A stretch of DNA of 64,000 nucleotides from an uncultured Thermoleophilia bacterium (GTDB taxonomy: Bacteria; Actinomycetota; Thermoleophilia; UBA2241): assembly GCA_963829205.1 (NCBI GenBank), contig CAWHHT010000005.1:774187-838186 (forward strand), in the 5' to 3' direction. This document shows, one piece after another, positions 20,042 to 27,803 of the stretch. Made by a program: the position numbers and the translations under genes. The notes below the pieces were generated by a model. That model did not search any database, was not told the DNA's origin, and saw only the letters and a list, made by a program, of their open reading frames with translations. Position 1 is the stretch's first letter. Every line of letters begins with the position of its first letter.

Positions 20042-20681
20042 GCAGTCGCGGGAAGTCACGGCGGACTCGGTCGCGGCGCCCGCGGCGCCGACAGCGCCGG
20101 CGGCGCCGGCGCGCAAGCTCTTCGGGCGCTCACCCGAGCTCTGGTACGCGCTCATCGCGATCGTCGCGGTGACCGCGCTCTACGCGTTCGCCTACGTGCA
20201 GGCCGGGGCATTCCCCCGGGCGTCGAGCCTCATCGGCCACGGGATCGGGATCGTCGGCTTCATCCTCATGCTGCTGACCGTGAGCCTCTACTCGCTGCGC
20301 AAGCTGCGCAGTGACGCGAGCTGGGGAACGACCGCCGTCTGGCTGAAGAGCCACATGGTCATGGGCCTCGTGGGCCCGTACATGGTGCTGCTGCACTCGG
20401 CGATGAAGTTCAACGGCCTCGCCGGCCTGGCGATGCTCCTGACCGTGGTGGTCGTCGTCAGCGGCCTCGTGGGGCGCTACATCTATACGAGGGTGCCGCG
20501 GACGATCGAAGAGGGAGAGGCCGCCGGCGGCGTCCAGGACGAGGACCTCGAGCGGATCGCAAGACGCAGAAAGGCGCTCGCGACATGGCACACGGTGCAC
20601 ATCCCGCTCACGTGGGCTCTGTTCGCCGCCGCCTTCATCCACGTGGTGGCGGCGCTCTACTACGCGACGCTGCAGCGGTAG
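20034..20681 (+). CDS. Membrane protein with His residues in its TM segments, putative cytochrome b
   Basis: About 5 TMs with His in KSHM, LLHS, WHTVH and FIHV. TTG start with an AAGGAG RBS. Confidence 0.65.
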   Translation: MPRQSREVTADSVAAPAAPTAPAAPARKLFGRSPELWYALIAIVAVTALYAFAYVQAGAFPRASSLIGHGIGIVGFILMLLTVSLYSLRKLRSDASWGTTAVWLKSHMVMGLVGPYMVLLHSAMKFNGLAGLAMLLTVVVVVSGLVGRYIYTRVPRTIEEGEAAGGVQDEDLERIARRRKALATWHTVHIPLTWALFAAAFIHVVAALYYATLQR

Positions 20682-20702
20682 CGCGGGGCAGGTGACACGG
20701 CG

Positions 20703-21497
20703 ATGAGCAGACGACCGGGCTTCCTGTCGCCCATCGGCATCGTGGTGGCTCTGCTACTCGTGGCGCTGGTCGTCGCCGTCACGCTCATCGCCAGCCCGTT
20801 CCTGTTCAGCCCCGGATCGCTGAACTCGCAGGCGAAGGCCGCTCCCCTGGGCGGGATCACGAACCACGCCGAGCTCGGCAACCACTGCGGCGCCTGTCAC
20901 ACGGCGCCCTGGGGCTCCCAGACCATGGCCGACAAGTGCGTCGCGTGCCACGCGGACGTCGGCTCGCAGATCAGCGGCAAGACCGGGCTACACGGGACGC
21001 TCGCGGCGATGCGGTCGGCACCTTGCGGCGGCTGCCACCCCGACCACAACGGGCCGAACGGCGTGCTCACCTCGCTCAACGAGGCGAGCTTCCCGCACTC
21101 GCAGACCGGCTTCGCGCTCACCGGCAAGCACGCCACGCTGGCGTGCAGCGCCTGCCACACCGGCGCCAACTTCCAGGGCGCGCCCGTCGACTGCATCGGC
21201 TGCCACGCCAAGAACGATGCCCACCACGGCTCGTTCGGGACGCAGTGCGGCGGGTGCCACAGCACTTCGAGCTGGGCCGGCGCCAACTTCAGCCACGACA
21301 TCTTCCCGGTGAACCACGGCACCAACCAGCAGCAGTCCACGTGCCAGACGTGCCATCCCAGCGGCACCAGCACCTACACCTGCTACGGGTGCCACTTCCA
21401 CACGCCCGCGAACGTGCAGTCCGGGCACGAGGGCCAGTCCGCCGCGGCACTCTCCGACTGCATCAAGTGCCACGCCGGCGGCCGCGTGCCCGACTGA
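20703..21497 (+). CDS. Membrane-anchored nonaheme cytochrome c
   Basis: N-terminal TM and nine CxxCH motifs (CGACH, CVACH, CGGCH, CSACH, CIGCH, CGGCH, CQTCH, CYGCH, CIKCH). Confidence 0.9.
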   Translation: MSRRPGFLSPIGIVVALLLVALVVAVTLIASPFLFSPGSLNSQAKAAPLGGITNHAELGNHCGACHTAPWGSQTMADKCVACHADVGSQISGKTGLHGTLAAMRSAPCGGCHPDHNGPNGVLTSLNEASFPHSQTGFALTGKHATLACSACHTGANFQGAPVDCIGCHAKNDAHHGSFGTQCGGCHSTSSWAGANFSHDIFPVNHGTNQQQSTCQTCHPSGTSTYTCYGCHFHTPANVQSGHEGQSAAALSDCIKCHAGGRVPD

Positions 21498-21558
21498 CCA
21501 TCGCAGCGAGGACGTCGTCGCGCGACTCGGCCGACGGCCGGCGCGCCGCGTCGTGCGC

Positions 21559-21957
21559 TCAGGCCCAGTTCGCGACCAGAAGACCCTCGACCTTGCGAAA
21601 GTGGCGCACGTCATTGCTCACCAGCGTCGCCCCCCGGCTGCGCGCGTGCGCGGCGATCATCAGGTCCATGGCATCCAGGGGCCTGCCCCTCTTCTCGAGC
21701 GCGGCACGCAGAGAGCCGTAGTGTTCCGCGGCGCCCTCGTCCCATGGGATCACGTCGAGCCGGGAGACGAGATCGCGGATCTCCCGGCTGATGACGGCGG
21801 CCTTGGGGTGACGCTCAGCGCCATACAGAAGCTCGGCCAGAACGACCGTTGAGACGGCCAGCGCCCCCGGCCCGGCCTCATCGAAGCGCTCCCTGACCGA
21901 TGGTGGACGGCTCCGCAGCACGTAGCTGCAGATGTTGGTGTCGAGCATGTAGTGCAT
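21559..21957 (-). CDS. vapC: VapC PIN-domain toxin
   Basis: Motifs YMLDTNICS, DLMIAAHA and LVSND. Confidence 0.92.
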   Translation of the reverse strand: MHYMLDTNICSYVLRSRPPSVRERFDEAGPGALAVSTVVLAELLYGAERHPKAAVISREIRDLVSRLDVIPWDEGAAEHYGSLRAALEKRGRPLDAMDLMIAAHARSRGATLVSNDVRHFRKVEGLLVANWA

Positions 21958-22187
21958 CAGAAGAGTCCCCGACCCTCGGGCACGGGATTGTCGCGATGAG
22001 CAAGGAAGTCGGCCGGGACCTTGGACGGCCGGGCGAAGAAGTCGTCCCAGCCCAGCGGCTTGGGCGTGAGGATCACGGCATCCCCCTGCCGCTCCACGTA
22101 GACCTCGCGACCGGCAAAGCGGAACTCCGCCGGCAGCCGTACCGCCTGGCTGCGGCCGTTCATGAAGAGCTTGGCGGTCTGAGCCAT
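21957..22187 (-). CDS. vapB: VapB (AbrB-type) antitoxin
   Basis: Motif KLFMNGRSQAVRLPAEFRF; TGATG coupling to vapC. Confidence 0.92.
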   Translation of the reverse strand: MAQTAKLFMNGRSQAVRLPAEFRFAGREVYVERQGDAVILTPKPLGWDDFFARPSKVPADFLAHRDNPVPEGRGLF

Positions 22188-22202
22188 CGGACACCCCCGT
22201 GA

Positions 22203-22221
22203 TAGATATCACTGATATATA
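22203..22221. promoter_or_regulatory. vapBC operator candidate
   Basis: AT-rich inverted repeat ATATCA-c-TGATAT just upstream of vapB. Confidence 0.55.
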
Positions 22222-22286
22222 CCACGGGTCGCTGGATCGCAAGCACGAGAGGCATGTGCAGACCATGGCACCCGCGAACCGCACGC

Positions 22287-22300
22287 TCCAGAGTGACGAT
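22287..22300. repeat. TA-associated motif TCCAGAGTGACGAT, copy 1
   Basis: Identical 14-mer at 27318-27331; 11-mer core at 24179-24189. Confidence 0.65.
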
Positions 22301-22391
22301 GGCGGCTCGCGGTGAACGCTCCCGCGCCGTGGACACCGCCAGCCGCAGTCGCACCCCGCGGTAGAATCGCCGCAATCGGGCTGGGGGTCGC

Positions 22392-23411
22392 ATGATGAAC
22401 GCGGAGAGCAGAACGAGCGGGCCGGGCAGTGGAGAACGGCCGAGCGGAGCGGAGCCCGGGGAGCGGCCTCACGGCCCGGTCGCCGTGGTCGGCGCCGGGC
22501 TGACCGGCGGCAGCTGGGCGGGGCTCTTTGCGGCCGCCGGCCTCGCGGTGCGGATCCACGACGAGGACGAGGATCGCCTCGGCGGCGCGCTGCAGCGAGC
22601 CGCGGCGGCGGCGCACTTTCTCGCCGCCAACGGCCTCGCCGAGCCGGAGGCGGCCGAGCGAGGCCTCGCGCAGCTCGCGGCCACGGCCGACCTCGCCGAG
22701 GCCGTCGCCGGTGCGATCCACGTCCAGGAGTGCGTGCGCGAGGAGCTGGCGATCAAGCGCGAGGTGTTCGCCGCCATCGGCGCGGCCGCGCCGGCCGACG
22801 CCCTCATCTGCTCCAGCTCGTCGGGGCTCTCGATCAGCGACATCCAGACGGCGGCGGCCCACCCCGAGCGCTGCCTCGCCGCCCACCCCTACAACCCGCC
22901 GCACCTCGTGCCGCTCGTGGAGCTCGCGCCCGGCGCGCTGACCTCGCCCGAGGCGATGCGGCGCGCCTCAGCCTTCTACTCCTCCGTGGGCAAGGAGCCG
23001 GTGACGCTCACCCGCGACCTGCCGGGCTACATCTCCAACCGCCTCTCCGCGGCGCTGTGGCGAGAGGCCGTCGACCTGGTGCTGCGCGGCGTGGCATCCG
23101 TGGAGGACGTGGACCGCGCCGTGAGCTTCGGCCCCGGCCTGCGCTGGGCCGCCATGGGGCCGCACCTGCTCTACGACCTCGGCGGCGGCGAGGAGGGCAT
23201 CCGCGGCCACCTCGAGCATCTCGCCGGCGTCAAGGAGGGCATGCTGCGCGACCTCGCCACCTGGACGACCTTCCCGCCGGAGACGGCCGACGCGCTCGCC
23301 GCCGGCCTCGCGGCCGAGAAGGGCGCGCGAAGCTATGAGGAACTCACGGCGGAGCGCGATGCGCTGCTGGTGGAGTACCTGCGGGCGCGGAGGGAGCAGC
23401 GGCGGACGTAG
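22392..23411 (+). CDS. 3-hydroxyacyl-CoA dehydrogenase family (carnitine dehydrogenase-like)
   Basis: Motifs VVGAGLTG, SSSSGL, HPYNPPHLVPLVE and GPGLRWAAMGP. Confidence 0.85.
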   Translation: MMNAESRTSGPGSGERPSGAEPGERPHGPVAVVGAGLTGGSWAGLFAAAGLAVRIHDEDEDRLGGALQRAAAAAHFLAANGLAEPEAAERGLAQLAATADLAEAVAGAIHVQECVREELAIKREVFAAIGAAAPADALICSSSSGLSISDIQTAAAHPERCLAAHPYNPPHLVPLVELAPGALTSPEAMRRASAFYSSVGKEPVTLTRDLPGYISNRLSAALWREAVDLVLRGVASVEDVDRAVSFGPGLRWAAMGPHLLYDLGGGEEGIRGHLEHLAGVKEGMLRDLATWTTFPPETADALAAGLAAEKGARSYEELTAERDALLVEYLRARREQRRT

Positions 23412-23446
23412 CGGCCGTGAATGCCGTGGCTCGCAAGCCGCGAGAC

Positions 23447-23782
23447 CTACTCAGGGATCCCCGCGGTGGACTTCGCCGCCGAGACAAGCCGGATCTCCAC
23501 GTCGCAGCCCACCGCCCGGGCGTACTTCTTCAGCGTGCTCACCGACGGCGAGTGCTTGCCGACGGCCTCCAGCCGCGACACCGCGCTCTTCGTCGTGCCC
23601 ATGCTCGCGGCTACCTGCTCCTGCGTCAGCCCGGCCTTCGCACGCGCAGCGAGAAGCTCACGCACGAGCTCATACTCTTCGGCGCTTTCGGCGTAGGCGC
23701 TCGCAAAGCCCTTGCGCTTCATGGCTCGGGCGAGGAATACGTCGTGGTCGTGGACGACCGGGCGATACTCGCGGTCAGCCAT
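23447..23782 (-). CDS. HigA-like HTH antitoxin
   Basis: XRE HTH GLTQEQVAASMGTTKSAVSRLE, downstream of the toxin. Confidence 0.88.
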   Translation of the reverse strand: MADREYRPVVHDHDVFLARAMKRKGFASAYAESAEEYELVRELLAARAKAGLTQEQVAASMGTTKSAVSRLEAVGKHSPSVSTLKKYARAVGCDVEIRLVSAAKSTAGIPE

Positions 23783-24101
23783 CACGAACCTCCTTCATGC
23801 GGCGGCGTGCGAGCCTGAGCTCTCGCTCGGGCGCCGCCCGCGTCTTCTTGACGAAAGCGTGGAGCACGACCACGCGCTCGCCGTCGAGGAAGCAATACAG
23901 CGCCCGGCCGATGCCCTCACGACCGCGGGGTCGGAGCTCGAAGAGCCCGCTGCCCAGCGCCCGCGACCGCGGCATCCGCAAGCCGGGTCCGAACTCCAGG
24001 AGCAACTCGACGAGACGCGCGTAGTCGGCAAGCAGGCCGACTGGCCAGCCCTCGATCTCGGCGAGCACGCGCTCGTTGAAGTACTCGACGAAGTACGGCA
24101 T
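23775..24101 (-). CDS. RelE/HigB (Gp49-like) toxin
   Basis: Motifs GLFELR and LHAFVKKT; toxin-first gene order. Confidence 0.88.
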   Translation of the reverse strand: MPYFVEYFNERVLAEIEGWPVGLLADYARLVELLLEFGPGLRMPRSRALGSGLFELRPRGREGIGRALYCFLDGERVVVLHAFVKKTRAAPERELRLARRRMKEVRDG

Positions 24102-24104
24102 GAG

Positions 24105-24122
24105 GTTAGCACATTCGCTAAC
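24105..24122. promoter_or_regulatory. TA operator candidate
   Basis: Inverted repeat GTTAGC-N6-GCTAAC immediately upstream of the toxin start. Confidence 0.55.
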
Positions 24123-24178
24123 TAGCGGCAAGGGCAGACAGTCATGCCGTCAGTCTGTGAGGCGCGTCTCCACGTGAA

Positions 24179-24189
24179 CAGAGTGACGA
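24179..24189. repeat. TA-associated motif CAGAGTGACGA, copy 2
   Basis: Same core sequence and orientation as the copies at 22289 and 27320. Confidence 0.55.
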
Positions 24190-24241
24190 AGCGGAGAGTC
24201 GGGTGACGATGCCTGGCCGCAAACGGCGAGCGGAGCTGTGA

Positions 24242-26341
24242 TCAGCCGGCCGGCGCCTCCGTCACCGTCGTGCTCGAGCCCGCCGGCCCGAACAGGACCA
24301 GGTACGAGCCGGCCGAGGCGTCCACGGTCGCCGGGAACGTGGTGCCGCCGGCGACGACGGCCATGCCGGCGTCGTAGAGGCGCCACGCGGTGCCGGCGCT
24401 GATCGTGACCCGGCCGGCCGCCGGCACGCTCCGCCACTCGGCGTAGCCCTCGGGGCCGAAGGTCACCGTCGCCGGCCCGGCGGCCAGCTCGGGCACCCCG
24501 TCCCGCGGCCGGAACAGCGTGTCGCCGAAGCGGATCCACTCCTCCCCGCCGCGCTGCTCGACGACGGCGTCGTTCATGTTCTCCGAGCCGAACGACGGGA
24601 TCTGCAGGAACATGAGGCCCGCGGTGTCGCTCTGGCTGGGGTCGACGACCTGCATGCCATAGGAGCCGGTCGTGACGGTCACGTAGCCCTGCAGACGGGG
24701 CACGACGCCCACCGTGAGCAGCGGCCCGCCGCTCATGGGGCTCACGGCGAAGGTGTCGGAGTCGGGGCGCAGGTTCACCGCCAGCCAGGAATGCCCGACG
24801 CGAGACCGCCACGCCGCCGAGAGCGGCTGTCCCCGATGGAGCTTCTGCGCGTACATGAGGTCGTCCCGGTGGTTGCCGTAGCCGCCGACGATGCAGTCGA
24901 CGAGGTAGCGGCGGCCGCCGGCCGCGACGGTGCGGAACGATTCCGGGCTGCCCTTGGGGTGGAAGCGGCCGTCGGCGCGCAGGTGGAGCCCCGCGTACCA
25001 CTGCGTCCAGCTTCCGGAGCCGAGCATGGAGAGCCTGAGCGCCTGCGGGCGGCCGGCCATGGCACGCACGCGTACCACCATGCCGCTCCCGGCCCAGTAC
25101 CCCTCCATGCGCGCGAGCTGGGCCTTGGTCGCGCGCTTCGCCGGCGGCACCGCGACGATCTTCGCCGGCAGGTGGCGCAGCGTGCCGCGGTCGACGAGCG
25201 CGTGCAGCAGGATGCGCTCGCAGAGCGTCTCGCACTCGGTGGAGTACATCGGGTGGACGCAGGTCACGATCGCGGAGAGCTTGGCCTTGGGCGCCACCAC
25301 GATCTCGGCGCTGTAGTCGTCGGAGTCGCCGCACTTGGACCAGCCCGTGACGCCGGCGGCCTTGAGGCCGGGCTGGACGACGGAGTCCCAGCCGAGCCCG
25401 AACCTGAACTCGTCGTACGGCGCCGGGTTGAAGGTGCCGAGGGTCTGGTCGGTGCCCATCTCCTTGACCGCGGCGGCCGAGAGGATGCGCGTGCCGCGGT
25501 AGACGCCGCCGTTGGCCAGCATCGTCGTCAGGCGGCCCAGGTCGGTCGGGGTGGAGTAGAGGCCGCCGGCGGCGAGCGCGTTGACCACCTCGCGTGGATC
25601 GGCGCTGCCGCTCTGGTAGCTCTTGGCGTAGGTGCCGTCCGCGAAGGCCGTGAGCGGGAAGGCGGTGTGCGTCATGCCGAGGGGCGTGAGGATCTCGCTC
25701 TGGACGAACTCGGCGTAGCTCTTGCCGGTGACCGCCGGCACCAACGCCTCGATCATCGTGAAGCCGTCGTTGCAGTAGACGCTCATGGAGCCCGGCGCGT
25801 GCTTGAGGCGCGACTGCGCCAGCGTGCCCAGGACCTCCTGCAGGTAGCCGGGGTAGTAGACGCTGGTGTTGGCGTCGCCGTAGGAGGCGCCGGGGAAGCC
25901 GGAGGCGTGGTCGAGCAGCATGCGCACGGTGACGTCGCGGTAGCCCGGCGACAGCATCGTGAACGAGGGGACGTAGTGGGCGAAGGGCTCGTCGAGGGAC
26001 ACAAGGCCCTGGTCGACGAGCTTCATGGTGGCGACGGTGGCGACCATCTTGCTCACCGAGGCGACGCCGTACATCGTGGTCGCCCCGGGGCGGGCTTTCG
26101 TGGCCTTGTCGGCGTAGCCGAAGCCCTGGCGCCAGACGACGCGCCCGTTGCTCACGAGCGCCAGGGAGAGCGACGTCGCGCCGGTCTGCTTGAGGACCGC
26201 CTTCGCGGCCGCGCGGCCGTCGCGGATGGTGGCCGAGTAGGTCGACGCCGACGCGGCCCCCGCCGCTGCAGCACTCGCGACGGCCACCAGGGCCGACACG
26301 CACACCATGCGCCAAGCACGAGTGACCCACCGATCCTTCAT
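24242..26341 (-). CDS. Secreted serine hydrolase (beta-lactamase class C family)
   Basis: Signal peptide, SVSK (SxxK), YCN and LLDHASG. Confidence 0.85.
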   Translation of the reverse strand: MKDRWVTRAWRMVCVSALVAVASAAAAGAASASTYSATIRDGRAAAKAVLKQTGATSLSLALVSNGRVVWRQGFGYADKATKARPGATTMYGVASVSKMVATVATMKLVDQGLVSLDEPFAHYVPSFTMLSPGYRDVTVRMLLDHASGFPGASYGDANTSVYYPGYLQEVLGTLAQSRLKHAPGSMSVYCNDGFTMIEALVPAVTGKSYAEFVQSEILTPLGMTHTAFPLTAFADGTYAKSYQSGSADPREVVNALAAGGLYSTPTDLGRLTTMLANGGVYRGTRILSAAAVKEMGTDQTLGTFNPAPYDEFRFGLGWDSVVQPGLKAAGVTGWSKCGDSDDYSAEIVVAPKAKLSAIVTCVHPMYSTECETLCERILLHALVDRGTLRHLPAKIVAVPPAKRATKAQLARMEGYWAGSGMVVRVRAMAGRPQALRLSMLGSGSWTQWYAGLHLRADGRFHPKGSPESFRTVAAGGRRYLVDCIVGGYGNHRDDLMYAQKLHRGQPLSAAWRSRVGHSWLAVNLRPDSDTFAVSPMSGGPLLTVGVVPRLQGYVTVTTGSYGMQVVDPSQSDTAGLMFLQIPSFGSENMNDAVVEQRGGEEWIRFGDTLFRPRDGVPELAAGPATVTFGPEGYAEWRSVPAAGRVTISAGTAWRLYDAGMAVVAGGTTFPATVDASAGSYLVLFGPAGSSTTVTEAPAG

Positions 26342-26526
26342 GGCCCCGCCTCCGTGTATGCCCGTCTGAGGTTGGTAGCAGGACGATGCTGGCACCTGCG
26401 GGGGGCGAGGTCAACGCGGACACCGCCGTGGCGTGCGTGCCACGAAGCGCGTGGTGGCCTGGCTCGCCAACCAAGTCACCGACGACTATTGGTCGCGTGC
26501 AGCGACGAGGACTGGTACGTGAAGTC

Positions 26527-26844
26527 CTACGCCGCCCTGGCGATCACACGCCCCACCTCCTGGAGGGATGCCCCCAGCGCGAGCAAGGACCTGACGAGCA
26601 GGTCGACGGAGACTGAGGCGTCGGCCGCTTCCATCTTGGCGATGCGGGACTGGCTGGAGCCAAGCCGGTGAGCCACTTCGGATTGCGTCCAGGAGTTCTG
26701 CTTGCGCAGCCGCCTCAGGTAGTCGCCCAGCGCCAGTTTGAGTTCCACGAATGCTGCTTCTTCTTCGCTCAGTTCGAGAAAGTCGGCAGCATCGCCGCTG
26801 CGCCAGCCCGCGGCCCGCAGCCGGTCAAGCTTGGTTCTGTCCAT
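26527..26844 (-). CDS. HTH antitoxin (HigA-like)
   Basis: HTH WTQSEVAHRLGSSQSRIAKME. Confidence 0.85.
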   Translation of the reverse strand: MDRTKLDRLRAAGWRSGDAADFLELSEEEAAFVELKLALGDYLRRLRKQNSWTQSEVAHRLGSSQSRIAKMEAADASVSVDLLVRSLLALGASLQEVGRVIARAA

Positions 26845-26849
26845 GGTGG

Positions 26850-27200
26850 TCACTCCCTATCCGCCGAGATCGTGTCGTAGACGCGGAGCCTGCGCCTGCA
26901 TGCGGTGTGCACGGACCGCGGTGTCGCCTGCGTCTTCTTCGAGAAGATCTCTGCGATGACGATCGCATCGGCATCGACGCGATAGACGATGCGCCACGTG
27001 GCGCCTTCGTCGACGACACGCAGCTCATGACAACGCCTGCCGAGAGCCGGCAGCGGCCGGGAGTGCGGCAGACTCAGCACTTCGCCACGCTGAAGGCGGC
27101 GCAGGAACTCTCCGGTCTCGACGCGAGCGGCAGCCGTGAGCGGTGGGGTGCGAACCTCACCGTGAAGCCACACCAGCGGCTTGCCGGCGCGCCGCCTCAC
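26850..27200 (-). CDS. RelE/HigB (Gp49-like) toxin
   Basis: Motifs CHELRV, WRIVYR and FSKKTQATP. Confidence 0.88.
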   Translation of the reverse strand: MRRRAGKPLVWLHGEVRTPPLTAAARVETGEFLRRLQRGEVLSLPHSRPLPALGRRCHELRVVDEGATWRIVYRVDADAIVIAEIFSKKTQATPRSVHTACRRRLRVYDTISADRE

Positions 27201-27207
27201 GGCCCAC

Positions 27208-27237
27208 AGTGTATGTCAGACGTGACATATCCGTCAA
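27208..27237 (-). promoter_or_regulatory. Leaderless sigma70 promoter with operator
   Basis: Minus strand reads TTGACG-18nt-TACACT-7nt-GTG; inverted repeat TATGTCA-gacg-TGACATA at 27212-27229. Confidence 0.65.
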
Positions 27238-27317
27238 TGCTCCTTGAGGCGAGAGCGAACGGACAATGGGAGGCCATGGCCGACATGCCGCCAGCCTGAC
27301 GAGCACCGCGTGCCGGT

Positions 27318-27331
27318 TCCAGAGTGACGAT
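27318..27331. repeat. TA-associated motif TCCAGAGTGACGAT, copy 3
   Basis: Similarity to copy 1 extends about 50 bp (gcacc.gcg...gctc.c.gtg.acg). Confidence 0.65.
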
Positions 27332-27374
27332 CGGCGCTCACCGTGGACGTTGAGCGCCAGGAATCGCCGGCCGC

Positions 27375-27605
27375 CTACGCCGCAACGACCACCGCCTGCC
27401 GCAGCCAGCGCTGCTCGGTGACCGCCGAGCACGAGCGCCTCGGCGAGGTCGCCGCGCGGCGTGCTGCCGTGGCCGCGGAGCGAGTTCCCGGGCTCGACGA
27501 CGTACTCGCCCTTGGGCTTGCCGGTGAGGCCGCCGGGCCGCGTGATCGTCCATCGGTGCCGCTGGCCTCGATGAGGCGCTCCATCGCGCGCATGTCGTCC
27601 ATCGG
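27375..27605 (-). pseudogene. 3' remnant of an NAD(P)-binding (flavin reductase / atypical SDR) gene
   Basis: Across frames reads DDMRAMERLIEASGTD(W)TITRPGGLT...PRGDLAEALV. The N-terminal Rossmann part is absent. Confidence 0.6.
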
Positions 27606-27803
27606 CCGACCACGAGGCGGAAGGCGCGCAGCGGCAGAGCGAGGCCTTGGAGGGTCGCAAGCAGTTCCGGGAGCGTTCGAGTCGTTGGAGCCAGTCTGCA
27701 AGATCAAAGTAGGATCGTCAAACCCACAGACTGCGGCGGCGCGGGACGGTCGGTAACCGCTCTCGGTGTGATCCGCGACGCGTTGGTTCGGTCGTCTGCG
27801 GCG

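Noticed and set aside
21500-27400. Integron cassette array
   Set aside because: No intI and no convincing attC (RYYYAAC...GTTRRRY) sites; the intervening genes are in mixed orientation.
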